64,000 bases of DNA from Felis catus (taxonomy: Eukaryota): positions 161,698,001 through 161,762,000 of the forward strand of contig NC_058368.1 in assembly GCF_018350175.1 (NCBI RefSeq). The letters are read 5' to 3'. Both the position numbers and the translations under genes were made by a program. The notes beneath the pieces are model-generated. The model ran no database searches and was not told where the DNA came from. It saw nothing but the letters and a program-made list of their open reading frames with translations. This document shows positions 25,779 through 38,705 of the stretch, piece by piece (position 1 is the first letter of the stretch; every line of letters starts with the position of its first letter).

Positions 25779-27473
25779 GGCCTAAAAAGTATAGACTCAC
25801 TCGAAGACTTCAGCTTACACAGGTATTTTGACTCAATGGGCCTCTGCCTAGACTCTCACCATGAAATCTAGCATATGAATAGACAAGAGTCTGGGAAATC
25901 AGGAAGGGTGGGGACAGTCAAAGCTTTTCACTCTGATTCCACATTTTTAATCAATCTCTGACATTGATCATTCTTCTTGGAGCCTGCTTAACTTTGAGTA
26001 GTATGAATACTTACAAATCATCACCTATTTTTCAAGAAAAGAGGAAAAAACTGGAGGAGCAATAAAAGGAACTATAGGAGAATTAAAAGGGGAAAGTAAG
26101 GCATCAGAAGGGCAATGACTTACAAATATATTTTTCTCAATTAAAAAATGAACTCTCACAGCCGCTGGTTGTCAATGCACAGTAATGTGCAATAAGCAAT
26201 TTAGAAGGAAAGAATTTTAACTGCTGTCCTCTATCTGGGGCCTGACAATGTATTTATAAAAGTTCATAAACCCCCTGAGCATTGTTAAAAACTTGTCATT
26301 ATATGACACAGATTTTAAAGGAATTTAAAAATGATTTATTAATGTCAGCCTTTATCACAATTAAGAATTTGCATGTGATTGTTTTTTCACAAATGCAAAT
26401 ATGTAATGTATATAGGGTAGCAAGATTAATATTTATTTGAATTACTGTAAATGTTACTTCTTGGAATTGCATATAGAATGAATCCTAAGCATACCCTCAA
26501 AATGCTTCCTTTGTAATTAAAAAACATCATTTTTATTTTTCTGAAGACGGTGTAAAGAGAAAATGCTGGCCATTGTTGAGAAATTCCCTGTTCATTATCT
26601 TGGGTAAAAATTCACGACTGGGGAATGTTTAAGACATGGGAGTGGGAAACCAAGCAAGAATACTTAGAATATATTTTCAGGTACTCTTGTCATAATCAGG
26701 GGACTGGACCACCCTATTGATCAATGGTTGCTAAGCAGTTACTACTGTTTTAAACACGGAAGAACTGATTAAGCATGAAATGTATGTCCTTAAAAGTTAC
26801 GTTGTGCATTAAAAAGAAGGAAATGGTATTCACAAAATATTATAGTTGATATTTTAATCACCCAAACCAGAAAACCAAGGCAGAAAAACTGTAACTTCTT
26901 CTCATTGTAATTCATGGTGTTAATAAACAATGTACACTATGGTCATTACAGAGGCTGTGGGAAACACATCTGAGTTTGCTGACTTTTAGTGATTATACTA
27001 TCAAACTTGTCACAACAACATAGCTTTGACATTTAATTTTCTTGTTTAAGAAAAGAAAAAAAATTTGATTTGTCATTATAAGTTATGAATATATTTTTTC
27101 ATTTTTTTGAAAGTACAACCAAGGGTTGAAAAATAATTTCTAACTTAGTATATATGATTTATTCCACACTAGGCCCTGGAAAGACAGTTGGTAGTATGCT
27201 CAGAGGATTTAGGCATTCTGGTACCAATCAAGTATTCAGAAAAATTGTCATATTATGAGTGAATAAAAATGAATGTTTTATTTTCTGATATAACAAAGTA
27301 GGCCAAGGCAACTTCACATTCATTAAATCATATTTATTCTAAGTAGAACTTCCTTATAGTCTGTTTTAGTAGAAAATCACATTTTGACTTGGCAGAAAGG
27401 CCTTGATCTCCATATTTCTTTCATCCTCCATATCTGATTCAGAAAGTTCCTCTCAGAAAATCTCCCCTGAATA

Positions 27474-27649
27474 GGGGTGCATGGGTGGCTCAGTCAGTTA
27501 AGTGTTTGACTTTGGCTCAGGTCATGATCTTGTGGTTTGGGAGTTTGAGCCCAACGTCAGACTCTGTGCTGACAGCTCAGAGCCTGGTGTCTGCTTTGGA
27601 TTCTGTGTCTCCTTCTTTCTCTGTTCCTCCCCCACTCGCATTCTCTCTC

Positions 27650-27698
<49 letters not shown>

Positions 27699-27714
27699 AA
27701 TAAACATAAAAAAA
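27474..27714 (+). mobile_element. CanSINE with long (CT)n
   Basis: Degenerate 19-bp TSD AGAAAATCTC.C.T.AATA (27455-27473 / 27715-27733). Confidence 0.93.
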
Positions 27715-27980
27715 AGAAAATCTCTCTTTAATATATTCTTTCTTCTCTATTCCTATTGATATTTTCTCAGCTTAGTCACCACCATGTTTCTTTGGACTTT
27801 TGTTGCAATAATTTGTTAATTAATTATTTTTTAAACTACTAGCTAGACCCAGTGGTGGATCATGAATTATATTTGGGGTCACTGATCATCATTTTTAAAG
27901 AATGTGAAAGAAGAGAATGAAAATATTAGAAAATGACAGTGTTTCTTGCACATAATTTTATGAAAATTTGTTGAAGGTTT

Positions 27981-27981
27981 G

Positions 27982-28016
<35 letters not shown>
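27981..28016. repeat. (TG)n microsatellite
   Basis: Seen directly. Confidence 0.9.
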
Positions 28017-29710
28017 GGCCTATGTAGTAACAGCCATGGAAGCAGTAGTAGGAGTATATCATGATGTAAGTTGTATTTCTTACTTTGCATCTTTATTAAA
28101 CAGAATCGAAAAACATTGCTCTCCAGTTTTTTAACACAAAGACTCCAACTTTATTATTCTGTTTCAAGGATGTTATCATCTTACTGAAATGCACCTTTGA
28201 TCACATTTTTATCCTAACCAAAAATTCTTTGCTGATATCAGTCCAGGGCTTTCATACATTGTCCCTACCCTTACTTTTCAGAATTTTATTTCTATAAGCC
28301 CATTGCTTATCTTAAATCTGAGATAAGGCTTCAGACTACTCCATATATATCTTTTCTGTCTATGTCCCTTTATTTATGATGAGGTCTCCTCCTGAAATGA
28401 CCTCCCTCTCCAATACACTCTAGCCTCTAATCCAAAAAAGTTGTGTTTGTTCTTACAAGTCAAAGGTTAATATCCATTGCAATGCTTTACAGTATTTCTT
28501 TGGCAGAACAAATCACTGCCCCTCTACTGTTCTAAAATATTTACTAGTACCTTTATTCAACCACATTTGAAAAGTTATCATATTTACTTGCTTATATAGT
28601 GTTGATATCTTTAATGAAATTAGTAGAGCTAACCATAATAATAATGAGAGTTCCTCTGTGTATCTTGTATATGTGAAGTGAGAACCTGTGTACAGCTATT
28701 TGATATCTCAGTCTTCTAATAGCACTGCTGACGCTCTAAACCATGTCCTGAAAACATGCAGAACTGGGTCAGAGGTTAATGTAACTTTGGAAAATGGGCA
28801 GTTTTGCTTGAATATATTTCCTCATTTAAAGGGGACAGGCTCTTCTGGGCTTCTGATGGTACATGCCAAAGAAAAGAAATCTACTACCTAGATTGGGCCC
28901 TCAGGGTGTCTTGTGAGCTCTGCACCAAATCTTCTGATACCTGTACAGTTGCTTCAATTTTTATTTTTAACATGTTAGTTCTGTTAAACATGTTACATAT
29001 GTCCCATTAGACATTTGATAAAATGTGTTTAGAGAGGTGAGCTCAGGAAAACAAAGGGTGTGGTACCAATAAATATGTGTTAAGCTGGCAGCTTTGTTTT
29101 AACTGAAAGTGTTAAAATGTTTAACTGTCAGAAACTGTGCTAACTAAAATAGACCAATATTGGAAAAAAATCATCTTTTTAAGTTGGAATTATTTAAACC
29201 GAAACAAGAAATGTGACCTGTTCCACTGATGTATCTAGTTTAGGTAACTAGTGTTTTCAGCAAGCAGAGCAATTCATTCAAAACAAGTTAGGAAGACAGG
29301 AGAAGCTCTAAAGATGGATAAAATTTTTTCACTCTGATGTTTTAAAATACCCATAAGTCTGAATTTACCCATAAGAAGAATTAGTACATAGGGATGGTAA
29401 GTGGAAACAAGAAACTACCAGTGTTTAGCATTCTTCCAATTGTTAGGACCCCACCCCCTTTATTTTATTAAAATATAACAAGTTTCAGTTGGTGGTTTGT
29501 AAAAATGAAACTCCCACTTCTCTCTTACCCGGATAGTGTTCTGTTTTTTTATTGAACACCACATAAAATATTGAGATAAGCTTAAAAGCCTATTATGCAT
29601 TAAAATTGACAAAGACTTAGAAATATCCTTATCAGGTAACTAAAGAATAGATCAAAAATATTGTAAATATAAAAGGCACCAAATTAAGTATTCCAAATAT
29701 TAGTAGTTTT

Positions 29711-30170
29711 CTTTTTTTAATTTTTTCAATATTTATTTATTTATTTTAAAAATGTTTTTAATGTTTATTTATTATTGAGAGACAGAAAGACACAGAGCAT
29801 GAGCAGGGGAGGGTTAGAGAGAAGGGGGAGACACAGAATCCGAAGTAGGCTCCAGGCTCTGAGCTGTCAGCACCGAGCCCGATGCAGGGCTCAAACTCAC
29901 AAACTGCGAGATCATGACATGAGCCGAAGTTGGTCGCCCAACCGACTGAGCCACCCAGGCACCCAAATGTTTATTTATTTTTGAGAGACAGAGAAAGGAA
30001 GACCATGAGGAGGGAAGGGGCAGAGAGAGAGGGAGACACAGAATTCAAAGCAGGCTCCAGGCTCTGAGCTGTCAGCACAGAGTCTGACGCAGGGCTTGAA
30101 CCAACGAACCATGAGATCATGACCTGGGCTGAAGTTGGACGCCCAACCGACTGAGTCACCCAGGCGCCCC
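29711..30170 (-). mobile_element. Two CanSINEs: one (29742-29964) inserted in the A-tail of the other
   Basis: Two complete SINE bodies in tandem; inner TSD AAT(A/G)TTTATTTATTT, outer TSD TAGTTTTCTT. Confidence 0.9.
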
Positions 30171-31154
30171 AATAGTTTTCTTAAGATACATATAGAAAAT
30201 CATGCTTGGGGCATTTGAAAAATTAAAGTGAAGGGCAAGGCATACATATATACATGTTAAAAAATTAAGGATGATTATCAGTGATCTTGATCATAAAAAG
30301 CATGAAAAGCACATTCACACGATACTTTAATAAGATGATGAAAACAAAGATTAAGGACAATAATAACCATAAAAATACAATATTCTTGGAAAGGAAATTA
30401 TTTTTCCTGTTCCAAATAGAACTGTCTTAAAACTTAGTTTCATTCATTTTTATAATTAATTCCTTCTGTCTCACTGGCAGCAATACTTTGTTCCTAGCTC
30501 TATTACTATTGCTACTTTACTATTTTTTTATTCCTCTCCATGTCTATCTTCTCCATTGGACTGCAAACTCCAAACAGATTAGACCATGTAATTTATCTTT
30601 ATTTCCCTAATATCTACTGCAGTCTCTCAGGATTTGGCATATAGTGGCTGCTTGATAATTATTTGTTGAATGAAATAATACTTGTTGAAATTATGTGACA
30701 ACAAATTCATAGAATGACTGCTTTTACTTTTAAACTTTAAATACATGTTTCTATTTTTTGAAATAATGACAATTAAGAGCCATATATTTATGCAAAAGAT
30801 TATACCATTACTCAAAAAATTATGGGACTCTAATTTTGAACTTCTTTCCTGAACAAGTTATGGATCACAGTAGAAAAATCATTCTCAATTATTTATGAGA
30901 TCATCATGCTTTTGACTCAAGACCAATTCTTCAGTCTGATCATCTGCACAATTCACTAAATATAATAACAACTACTAGTTATAACCTTTTGTCAGATGCT
31001 ATATAGAAGTTGTTCAAATCTTAAAGAACATTCACATAATTGAGTTATCTATAATCATGTTTTAAAAATGAGGGGGGAGAAAGCTTCAGTTTACATAGCT
31101 TCAGATCTGGGATTTAAACCCAACTTTGAATATAAAACACTACAAATTCAACAA

Positions 31155-31300
31155 ACGGTAGCTACACTTGTGAGGATGGCATAATGTATAAACTTGTTGA
31201 ATCACTATGTTGAACACCTGAAAGTAATCTAACATTATGTGTCTACTATACTTCAAATAAATAAGTTGGCCCAAAAAGAAACTGAAGTAAATAGAACAAA
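31155..31300 (+). mobile_element. Carnivore L1 3' end fragment
   Basis: GGTAGCTACACTTGTG...GCATAATGTATA...GAATCACTATGTTG.ACA..TGAAA.TAAT, similar to 7676-7780; TSD core ACTACAAA. Confidence 0.8.
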
Positions 31301-31524
31301 ACAACAAAACTACAAACCTAAAATTTAGTGCACAATACCAGTTTCACATGATTTTGATTATCCAAAACACATTGTCCCCCACCCCCCTGTCTCCCTCCGC
31401 CCCTCACACACGCGTGCGCGCGCGCACACACACACACATACACAATGCTTGTCACTAATGAGAAAATACACAAAACTATAGGCTACAAAACTCTATAAGT
31501 TACCCTAGCCCTAACTCTAGCCTT

Positions 31525-31854
31525 ATTTTATTTATTTTATTTTTTTAATGTTTATTAATATTTAGGGGCGCCTGGGTGGCTCAGTGGGTTAAGCGTCCGA
31601 CTTCAGCTCAGGTCATGATCTCACAGCTCATGAGTTCGAGCCCCGCATGTTTATTTATTTTTGACAAAGAGAGAGACAGAGCATAGATGCGAGTGGGTTA
31701 GGGGCAGAGAGAGAGGGAGACACAGAATCGGAAGCAGGCTCCAGGCTCCGAGCTGTCAGCACAGAGCCCGACGCGGGGCTCGAACTCATGAGCTGTGAGA
31801 TCATGACCTGAGCTGAAGTCGGACGCTTAACCCACTGAGCCACCCAGGCGCCCC
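31525..31854 (-). mobile_element. CanSINE with an inverted copy of its own 5' 82 bp (31565-31646) inserted in its tail
   Basis: Outer TSD CTCTAGCCTT (31515-31524 / 31854-31863); 31565-31646 is the exact reverse complement of 31773-31854. Confidence 0.93.
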
Positions 31855-31963
31855 TCTAGCCTTTTTTTATGCTCAAAATCACTCAGGTACTATTACAACT
31901 GAGCCCAACTCTTCAGATTGCCAGGATATCATCTTTCTCATCTATCTCCAAATTTTTAACCAC

Positions 31964-32053
31964 TTTTTTTAATATAATTTATTGTCAAATTGGTTTCCAT
32001 ACAACACCCAGTGCTCATCCCAACAAGTGCCCTCCTCAATGTCCATCACCCAC
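31964..32053 (-). mobile_element. Feline L1 3' end fragment
   Basis: TTTTTTTAATATAATTTATTGTCAAATTGGTTTCCATACAACACCCAGTGCTCATCCCAACAAGTGCCCTCCTCAAT, similar in reverse to ~46595-46645; TSD TTTAACC..CTTTTT. Confidence 0.85.
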
Positions 32054-32132
32054 TTTAACCTTCTTTTTAAAAGTAAAATTGGTTTTGTTCCCAATTTTAA
32101 AACAGTATTTGCATTCACTGCATGGGGAAATG

Positions 32133-32135
<3 letters not shown>

Positions 32136-32175
<40 letters not shown>
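32136..32175. repeat. (CA)n microsatellite
   Basis: Seen directly. Confidence 0.95.
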
Positions 32176-32177
<2 letters not shown>

Positions 32178-32884
32178 TCACTACCAAAAACAGAAGTTAA
32201 GCTAATTCAAACGTAAAACACTCTTAAGTTTCCCTCTAAAAGATAGTCACTGTTAACATTTGGTACCATACTGACTGCCAATATTCTAAGAAAAAAATAT
32301 TTCCAGTAATGGCATAAGTCAAACAACATACTGAAAAGACTACATTCTGTAGTTCCCAGAATTTTGGTGGATGCCAGTAAAGTAGATATGGGAAGTGGGA
32401 GGTCTGATCTCTTAGAAAAATGTCAGGGTCCTTTCCCCAAAACTATATACTAAATGATGTTGATGTAAAACAACTTCTCTGCCTTTTGATGATACTTGTA
32501 TTTACTAGTTCTTCTTTATTTATTTTCTATGTACCGTGACTTCCCAAGGCCTTGACCTTATCATATTTACCAAAACCTGTATGAATCATTAAAAATTAGT
32601 TTTGTTTTTCTTTGCCTAAGAAGTGATACTCTTCTCTTAATTTTGAGTCTAACATTTGCTTGACTACATCAGGAAGAAAGGCAACACTCCTGGACCAAAG
32701 GAAACAAAAGCCAGATTACAGGATGCAATATTAAGTGGACAATATTATTTCCACAAATTGACTGATGAGAAGCAAATTTATTCATAAAACATGGCAACCA
32801 GAAGGAAAAAAAAATGAAACAACAGTGCAAGTTGACAGAACCTATTCCAAAGGTGTCTATTGAATCATAAGAAAATAAAGTCAT

Positions 32885-33050
32885 AGAGTTTCAGAGCCAG
32901 AAAGAAATTTATGAGACCATCTAGTTCAACTGACTCATTTGGTATATTGGAAACCTAAAACCCAAAGTGATTTACATTACTTGTTCAAAGTCACACAGCT
33001 ATATTTAATGCCGATGCCAGCAGGAGGATCCAGGTTTCTGAACTCTCGAA
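32885..33050 (-). mobile_element. MIR fragment
   Basis: GAGACCATCTAGTTCAAC...GGAAACCTAA...ACTTGTTCAAAGTCACACAGCTA resembles a reverse MIR. Confidence 0.65.
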
Positions 33051-33590
33051 TGACTATTATTTCAATTATACTTCAATGGAGAAAATGTACTGCTTAGCAA
33101 CAATGACCATTTAACTGCAAATATTTACATCTTCTGTGTACCTAGGTCACAGATATAATTTTCACATCATGAATATACTACAAATACATTAATCCTAAAC
33201 CATCAGAAGAAAGATTTACATTTACTGAATAAATAATTTGTACTTGAATTTATATCAGTCAAGTTCACACATTATCTCATTCTACTTCTATACCCACAAA
33301 AAATAGAAGATAAGGATGATTTTCTTATCCTTATATGTGAAGATATATAAATGTGAAGAAACCATGGCTTACAGAAGTAAATAGATCATTTGAGACTGAA
33401 TATATATATTAAATGGAAAGGCTAGGACTTGAAATCAGATCTATCTGATTTAAAGATTTATCTCATTGATGAAGGTGTTAACTCTCTTGAGAGAAAAGGT
33501 CTTCAGTTTCCCCCTCATTTATCCGGCCTTAGGATATTTTGGGATACTTTTTGCACACACTAAATAGATATTAAAATAAAGGAATTTCTA

Positions 33591-33746
33591 GGGTTCCTGG
33601 GTGGCTCGGTCAGTTAATCATCTGACTATATCTTGGCTCAGGTCATGATCTTGCAGTTGACCAGTATGAGCCCTGCATTGGCTCTGCACTGACAGTGTGG
33701 AGTCTGCTTGGGATTCTCTCTCCCCCCTCACTCTCTGCCTCTCCCC

Positions 33747-33800
<54 letters not shown>

Positions 33801-34035
33801 ATAATTTAAAGGGCCACCTGGGTGGCTCAGTAGGTGAAGCATCTGACTTACACTCAGGTCATGATCTCATTGTTTGTGGGTTCAAGCCCCACATCAGTCT
33901 CCATGCTGAGAGCTCAGAGACTGGAGTCTGCTTCAGATTCTGTCTCCCTCTCTCTCTGCCCCTCCCCTGCTCACACTCTGTGTCTCTGTCTCTCTCTCCC
34001 TCTCTCTCTCAAAAATAAACATTAAAAAATTTAGA
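33591..34035 (+). mobile_element. Two tandem CanSINEs (33591-33810, 33811-34035)
   Basis: Second head GGGCCACCTGGGTGGCTCAG begins directly in the A-rich tail of the first; flanks AAAGGAAT / AAAGGGAAT. Confidence 0.9.
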
Positions 34036-34129
34036 AAAGGGAATGCCCCACAAAATTGTCCATAGATCATAACTGGAGAAACTGCTCAACACTATAAATT
34101 CAGATTGGCGTTTCTTTTGTATTTCTGTG

Positions 34130-34320
34130 ATTTTTTAAATTGTTTTTCCCACCGTATTGAGATATAGTTGGCATATAATATTGTGTAGGTTGAAGGTATA
34201 CAACATGATGATTATATAAATACAAATATATGTGTGTATATATATAGAGAGAGAAATAACTGCCAAACAAAGATTATTAAAATATCCATCATCTCACATA
34301 GTTACCATTTCGTGTGTGTG
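34130..34320 (-). mobile_element. Older L1 3' end fragment
   Basis: TATTGAGATATAGTTGGCATATAATATTGTGTAGGTTGAAGGTATACAACATGATGATT...CATCATCTCACATAGTTACCA. Confidence 0.75.
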
Positions 34321-34899
34321 AGGTTTTATTTGTTGTTGGATTTGTTTTGTTAGCCTACTTTGAAGAATGGTTGGTGCCTTGTGGAAATATCAGACATTAA
34401 AACGGCATTCCTCATTCTTTTTTTTTCATGATAAGTTATCAAAATTTGAAATTTACCCTAATAAAAACAATCTGTCACTGGTTTTCATGTCTCAGAGTAA
34501 ACATACAACTGAAGACCTCTTGATCTAGTACAGCATAAATTGTTATTTATAATTTAAAAATATGTGTTTCCAATCTTAATTTAAAAATAAAATATTAAGC
34601 TTTGAGTAGGAGAGGAAAAAGCTCTATTGTTGCTTCCTTCCCTTACTGTGTGTACTCAGGAAAGTCACTCAAACTCTTTTTTTTCCTATGGAAAAACAGT
34701 TTGTCAACCTAAGCCTAAGTAACTCAGAGGAACCAATAGGAATCAGTTTAGTTTCTTCAAGATTCATTTTTTGTCATCAAAAAAATGTCACATTTTAAAA
34801 TATAGCACATTCATATTTATTATCATTTTCCTTTCCATTTAGTATACAGTCCATATCATTCCTTTATTTTCTTAATTTGCCTTCCACTCTAGCTCCACT

Positions 34900-35560
34900 G
34901 TCACTATCTTACTTTGCCCTCATTATCTCTACCTTTTAGACTTAGTCGTATCATTTTTATCCCTCTCTATTTTATCTATTACCTAGAAATCTTCCTGTAA
35001 TTTAAACTGGCCATGTCATTCCTCTACTGAGTGGCTTTACAGACTACCTGCAAAATGAAGTCCAAGCTCCTTAGCAAGGCACCAGGGACCCTGTGTTACC
35101 TGTCTCTCAGCCTCCTTCTCCAGCCTCACCTGCTTCCATTGACCCATACAAACTTCTATTCTAGCATGCTGAAACGCCCCCACAGGCCAGGAAATGCCAC
35201 TTTCTTCCACACTCAGGTCCTTCTGTGCATCATGGATCCAGTTGGGACTTGGTCTCACTCTCCTTTCTCTCCTTTCTATATTAACCTTCTCAGTCAACTC
35301 AAGTGCTACTTCCCTCAGGAAATCATCCTTGACCATCAGCTTATGTCTCCTCTCTGCCTCACCACAAGTGCTTACTTCTCTGTATAACTCTCATAAAGCA
35401 ATATGCACATTTTTGATCATTACTTTATTTCCTACACTAGACTGTAATCACCTCAAACTTAGAGACTTACTCCCCACTTCCTTACTCCCCACTCCCTTTG
35501 TATCTCCACTTCCTGTTAAGTAGGCAGATAAAAAAAATGAAGGTGTTAATGAATAAATTA
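34900..35560 (+). mobile_element. L2 3' fragment
   Basis: CATGTCATTCCTCTACT...AAAATGAAGTCCAAGCTCCTTAGCAAGGCA...CTCAAGTGCTACTTCCCTCAGGAAATCATCCTTGACC...CCTACACTAGACTGTAA, ending TGAATAAAT; pyrimidine-rich, L2-like. Confidence 0.7.
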
Positions 35561-36269
35561 TAAGAAAGATCAAAGCTATGCTATGCATCACTTGAAACAA
35601 TAGGTGCTGAAAGTTTGTATTTGATTTTGGAGTAGATATTTTGGGACTATGTCTATTACAGATGCGTTTGCTAGTTGAAAAATAACAAATACTTTAAACC
35701 CAAAACTGAAGCCATATTTTGAAAATCTATAGAAGGACTGATCAACTGTCCATTTGCTAATGCTCAACTCATATCAGGAAATTATAATCTCCACAACATT
35801 TTATATTAATATGAATTATATCAACTTTCTCTGTCCTATGAGTTGGATTTAATCACATTTTGCCTCCTCTAGTAACTTCCTTATTCAGTTCTCTTCCTGT
35901 TTTTATCTTTGATTTATTTATTATCATGGTCCTTTAATCTGTAAATATGCTATGCTTATATACCTCAAAGTATATCCCACTTCTGCTTACAACAATAAAA
36001 CCCACACAAGAAGAAACAAACCAACAAACTCTAAGGAACTTTCTTGAACTACAGGATGCTATGTAGATCCTTCATCTTATAAGCCCAACATACCTGGACA
36101 ATTTCTTCTTCCACATTGTTTCTCATTTTGAACCTAATAGTTCAATGGTCCCCAAAACCTCTGCCTAACCGAAGATCATGGAAAGTATTTGTCTTTATGC
36201 TTACTGGTCTCTTTGCCTTAGATTCCTGTTTTCCACTTGTTGAACGACAAATCATCTAGATGTACCATG

Positions 36270-36570
36270 ATTGACTTATGCTTTTTTTCATGCATACATG
36301 TTATACAATTCCTTGATACTTAAGCAATTGTTTATGTTTGGATAGATTCCTACAACTGCAAATAGTAAATAAAGGAATACACTATTTGTAAGTTTTGGTA
36401 GACATTATCAAGCTGATTTTTTCAAATAATTGTATCAATTTATGTACTTGAAAGCATTTCACAGGAGTTCCAGTATCAACACAACTTAGCACTGAATATG
36501 AAGAGTTTTAAAAGTCCTTGCCAGACTGATAGATGAGAAATTGTATCTGTTTATAATAATGTGTTTTTAG
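36270..36570 (-). mobile_element. Ancient L1 (L1M-type) fragment
   Basis: TTTTCAAATAATTGTATCAATTTAT...GAGTTCCAG...TTGCCAGACTGATAGATGAGAAATTGTATCT resembles a reverse L1 ORF2 end. Confidence 0.55.
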
Positions 36571-37018
36571 AAAATGGGATATACATTGTAAGTCAAATTT
36601 CTAAAACTTAAAATAGTTAATCATTGTCATTTCCATTAAAAAATGATCTCTTCTAGATAAAGTCTTTTTATCCAAGGAATGATGTCATTAGGAAAAAAAA
36701 AACTCAGACTTTCACCTCAGATCACAATCCATAATGAAGTCCATATTTGGTTTTAAGTTAAATTTTAAAATTCGTAAATAATTATATAAAATGGGAATTC
36801 TGCTTTCTACCCAGAACATGAATTGTATGATTAAATCAATAGAAATCATAAAGATAATTAGTTTTATAAAAACTATAAAATTTAAGATCCAAAATATGAA
36901 TAAAATATTAAGTAAAAATATGGTAGGAAATATATGGAGTAAATATTGCATGTGCAATGGAACTATCCCTAAAATATAAAATATAAAGTGGTTATTTTAA
37001 TCAAAAATAATGTTTTAA

Positions 37019-37232
37019 AGTTTATTTTTGAGAGAGAGACAGAGACAGAGCATGAGTGGGGAGGGGCAGAGAGAGAGGGAGACAGAATCTGAAGTAGGCT
37101 CCAGGCTCTGAGCTGGAGTAAATTATGTGCTGTCAGCACAGAGTCCAATGTGAGGCTTCAACACACGAACCACCAAATCATGACCCAAGCCAAAGTCAGA
37201 CTCTCAACTGACTAAGTCACCCAGGCACTCCT
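37019..37232 (-). mobile_element. CanSINE with a 17-nt internal insertion
   Basis: Reverse SINE; GAGCTG-GAGTAAATTATGTGCTG-TCAGCACA replaces the usual GAGCTGTCAGCACA; TSD core AATGTTTT(T)AA. Confidence 0.9.
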
Positions 37233-38444
37233 GATAAAAAAAAAAAATGTTTTTAAGTCTTTCCAATGCCTTGGACCTGACTCATTACCAGAAACTTAGC
37301 TGTTTGCAGTTAACACATTTGAGTTAAGGACAAACATATTCTCTGTGAAGGTGGAGGGGAAAGAATTAAGGCCATTTTCATGAACATTGAGAAAAGCAGA
37401 AATATTTTTCTCTCCCAGAAAAGAGTCTATTTTGCTGTAAGAGTTACATGCATAGAAGGGCAAGAGGATGATTTAAAGTTTGCCATAAATTACCCACTAG
37501 TGGAGAATCAAGAACTGACTAGGTTATGAAAATGCATTGTATCAGTCAAGGGGAATAAATTCCTCCATCTTCTTCTTTTTTAAAGACATGTTATCCCTTC
37601 CTTTAGGAAACTAGATCATCATAAAGTAAAACATTTTTATCTGATTGCCTCAGTTTCCTGAAGAAATATGTATCTTCACTACAATTATTTCTAATATTAT
37701 GTACTCAGATTTTACAGATGCTCCTATATAAGAAGTGTTCCTGTCTGTGTCTTTGCCTTTCATATTTATGTTATTCAGTGTCAACTATATACATATTTGA
37801 TGACTTCGGAGAAAGTTTATCTTCTTGTATATATCAGACAATGAGAATTTTCATTTCTAGTCAATGTCCATGTCTATTGGGAAATGCACTGACAAATTTA
37901 ATTTTCAACTACAGCACTTAAGCATGATGTGTTTTAGTATCATTCATCATTAATTATTTTTATAGTTTATGCATTTCTTTACTATATTTCCCAGCTGACA
38001 CTATAAAAACACTTTGAAATGATAGGCATATATTATTATTATTATCACTGAACAGTGGAAAAATTAGACATTTGTTTAATATTATGCTTCTATTAGCAGG
38101 AACCCAGCTTTTTGACATCTAGGATATTTCACTATACTACCCTTCATATTTCTGTATTTTCTTCTTAATTGTAAGTGTTTCAATGACCTTTACTTATATA
38201 TGACTCCTCTTAACATACTAATTTTGAAATCCAGTGTTGTATGAGCTCTAAGACAACAATACATGAACACAAACTGTATTTTTCTTAAGCCCAACATTAA
38301 TTTTTTCATCCAATAAATATATAGCATATACTTCAGTATATCAATTTTGGTGCTAGATCCTGAAGATACAGGCTAAATAAATTAGACATATTGGGAGTTC
38401 CAGCTTACCTAGAGCTTAGTGTCTACATATACTGAGATGTCCAA

Positions 38445-38608
38445 TACATCTCAAACCTTAAAGCACATAAGAACCACCTGAGCACTGTGACCAAATGCAC
38501 ATTCTGACTCAACAGGTCTGCTGCAAATTTTGAAATTCTGTATTTCCAACAAGCTTCCAGGTGATGACAGCATTGGTAGTTCAGAAGTACAATTTGAACA
38601 GCAAGGAT
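38445..38608. mobile_element. MER5-like hAT-Charlie DNA transposon relic
   Basis: TCTCAAACCTT...CATAAGAACCACCTG...AAATGCACATTCTGACTCAACAGGTCTG...TTCTGTATTTCCAACAAGCTTCCAGGTGATG...TTTGAACAGCAAGG. Confidence 0.75.
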
Positions 38609-38640
38609 TTACTTATATAAATATGTATGTATAAATATAT

Positions 38641-38661
38641 GTAGGTAGGTAGGTAGATAGG

Positions 38662-38702
<41 letters not shown>
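38641..38702. repeat. Compound (GTAG)n(ATAG)n tetranucleotide microsatellite
   Basis: Seen directly. Confidence 0.95.

Positions 38703-38705
<3 letters not shown>

Noticed and set aside
27845..28130. Possible hAT-Charlie MER relic around the (TG)n
   Set aside because: Similarity to recalled consensus too weak to call without a Dfam search.
35031..35523. Cluster of 99-118 aa overlapping ORFs
   Set aside because: They fall within a degenerate L2 relic and have no recognisable protein similarity or convincing splice structure.
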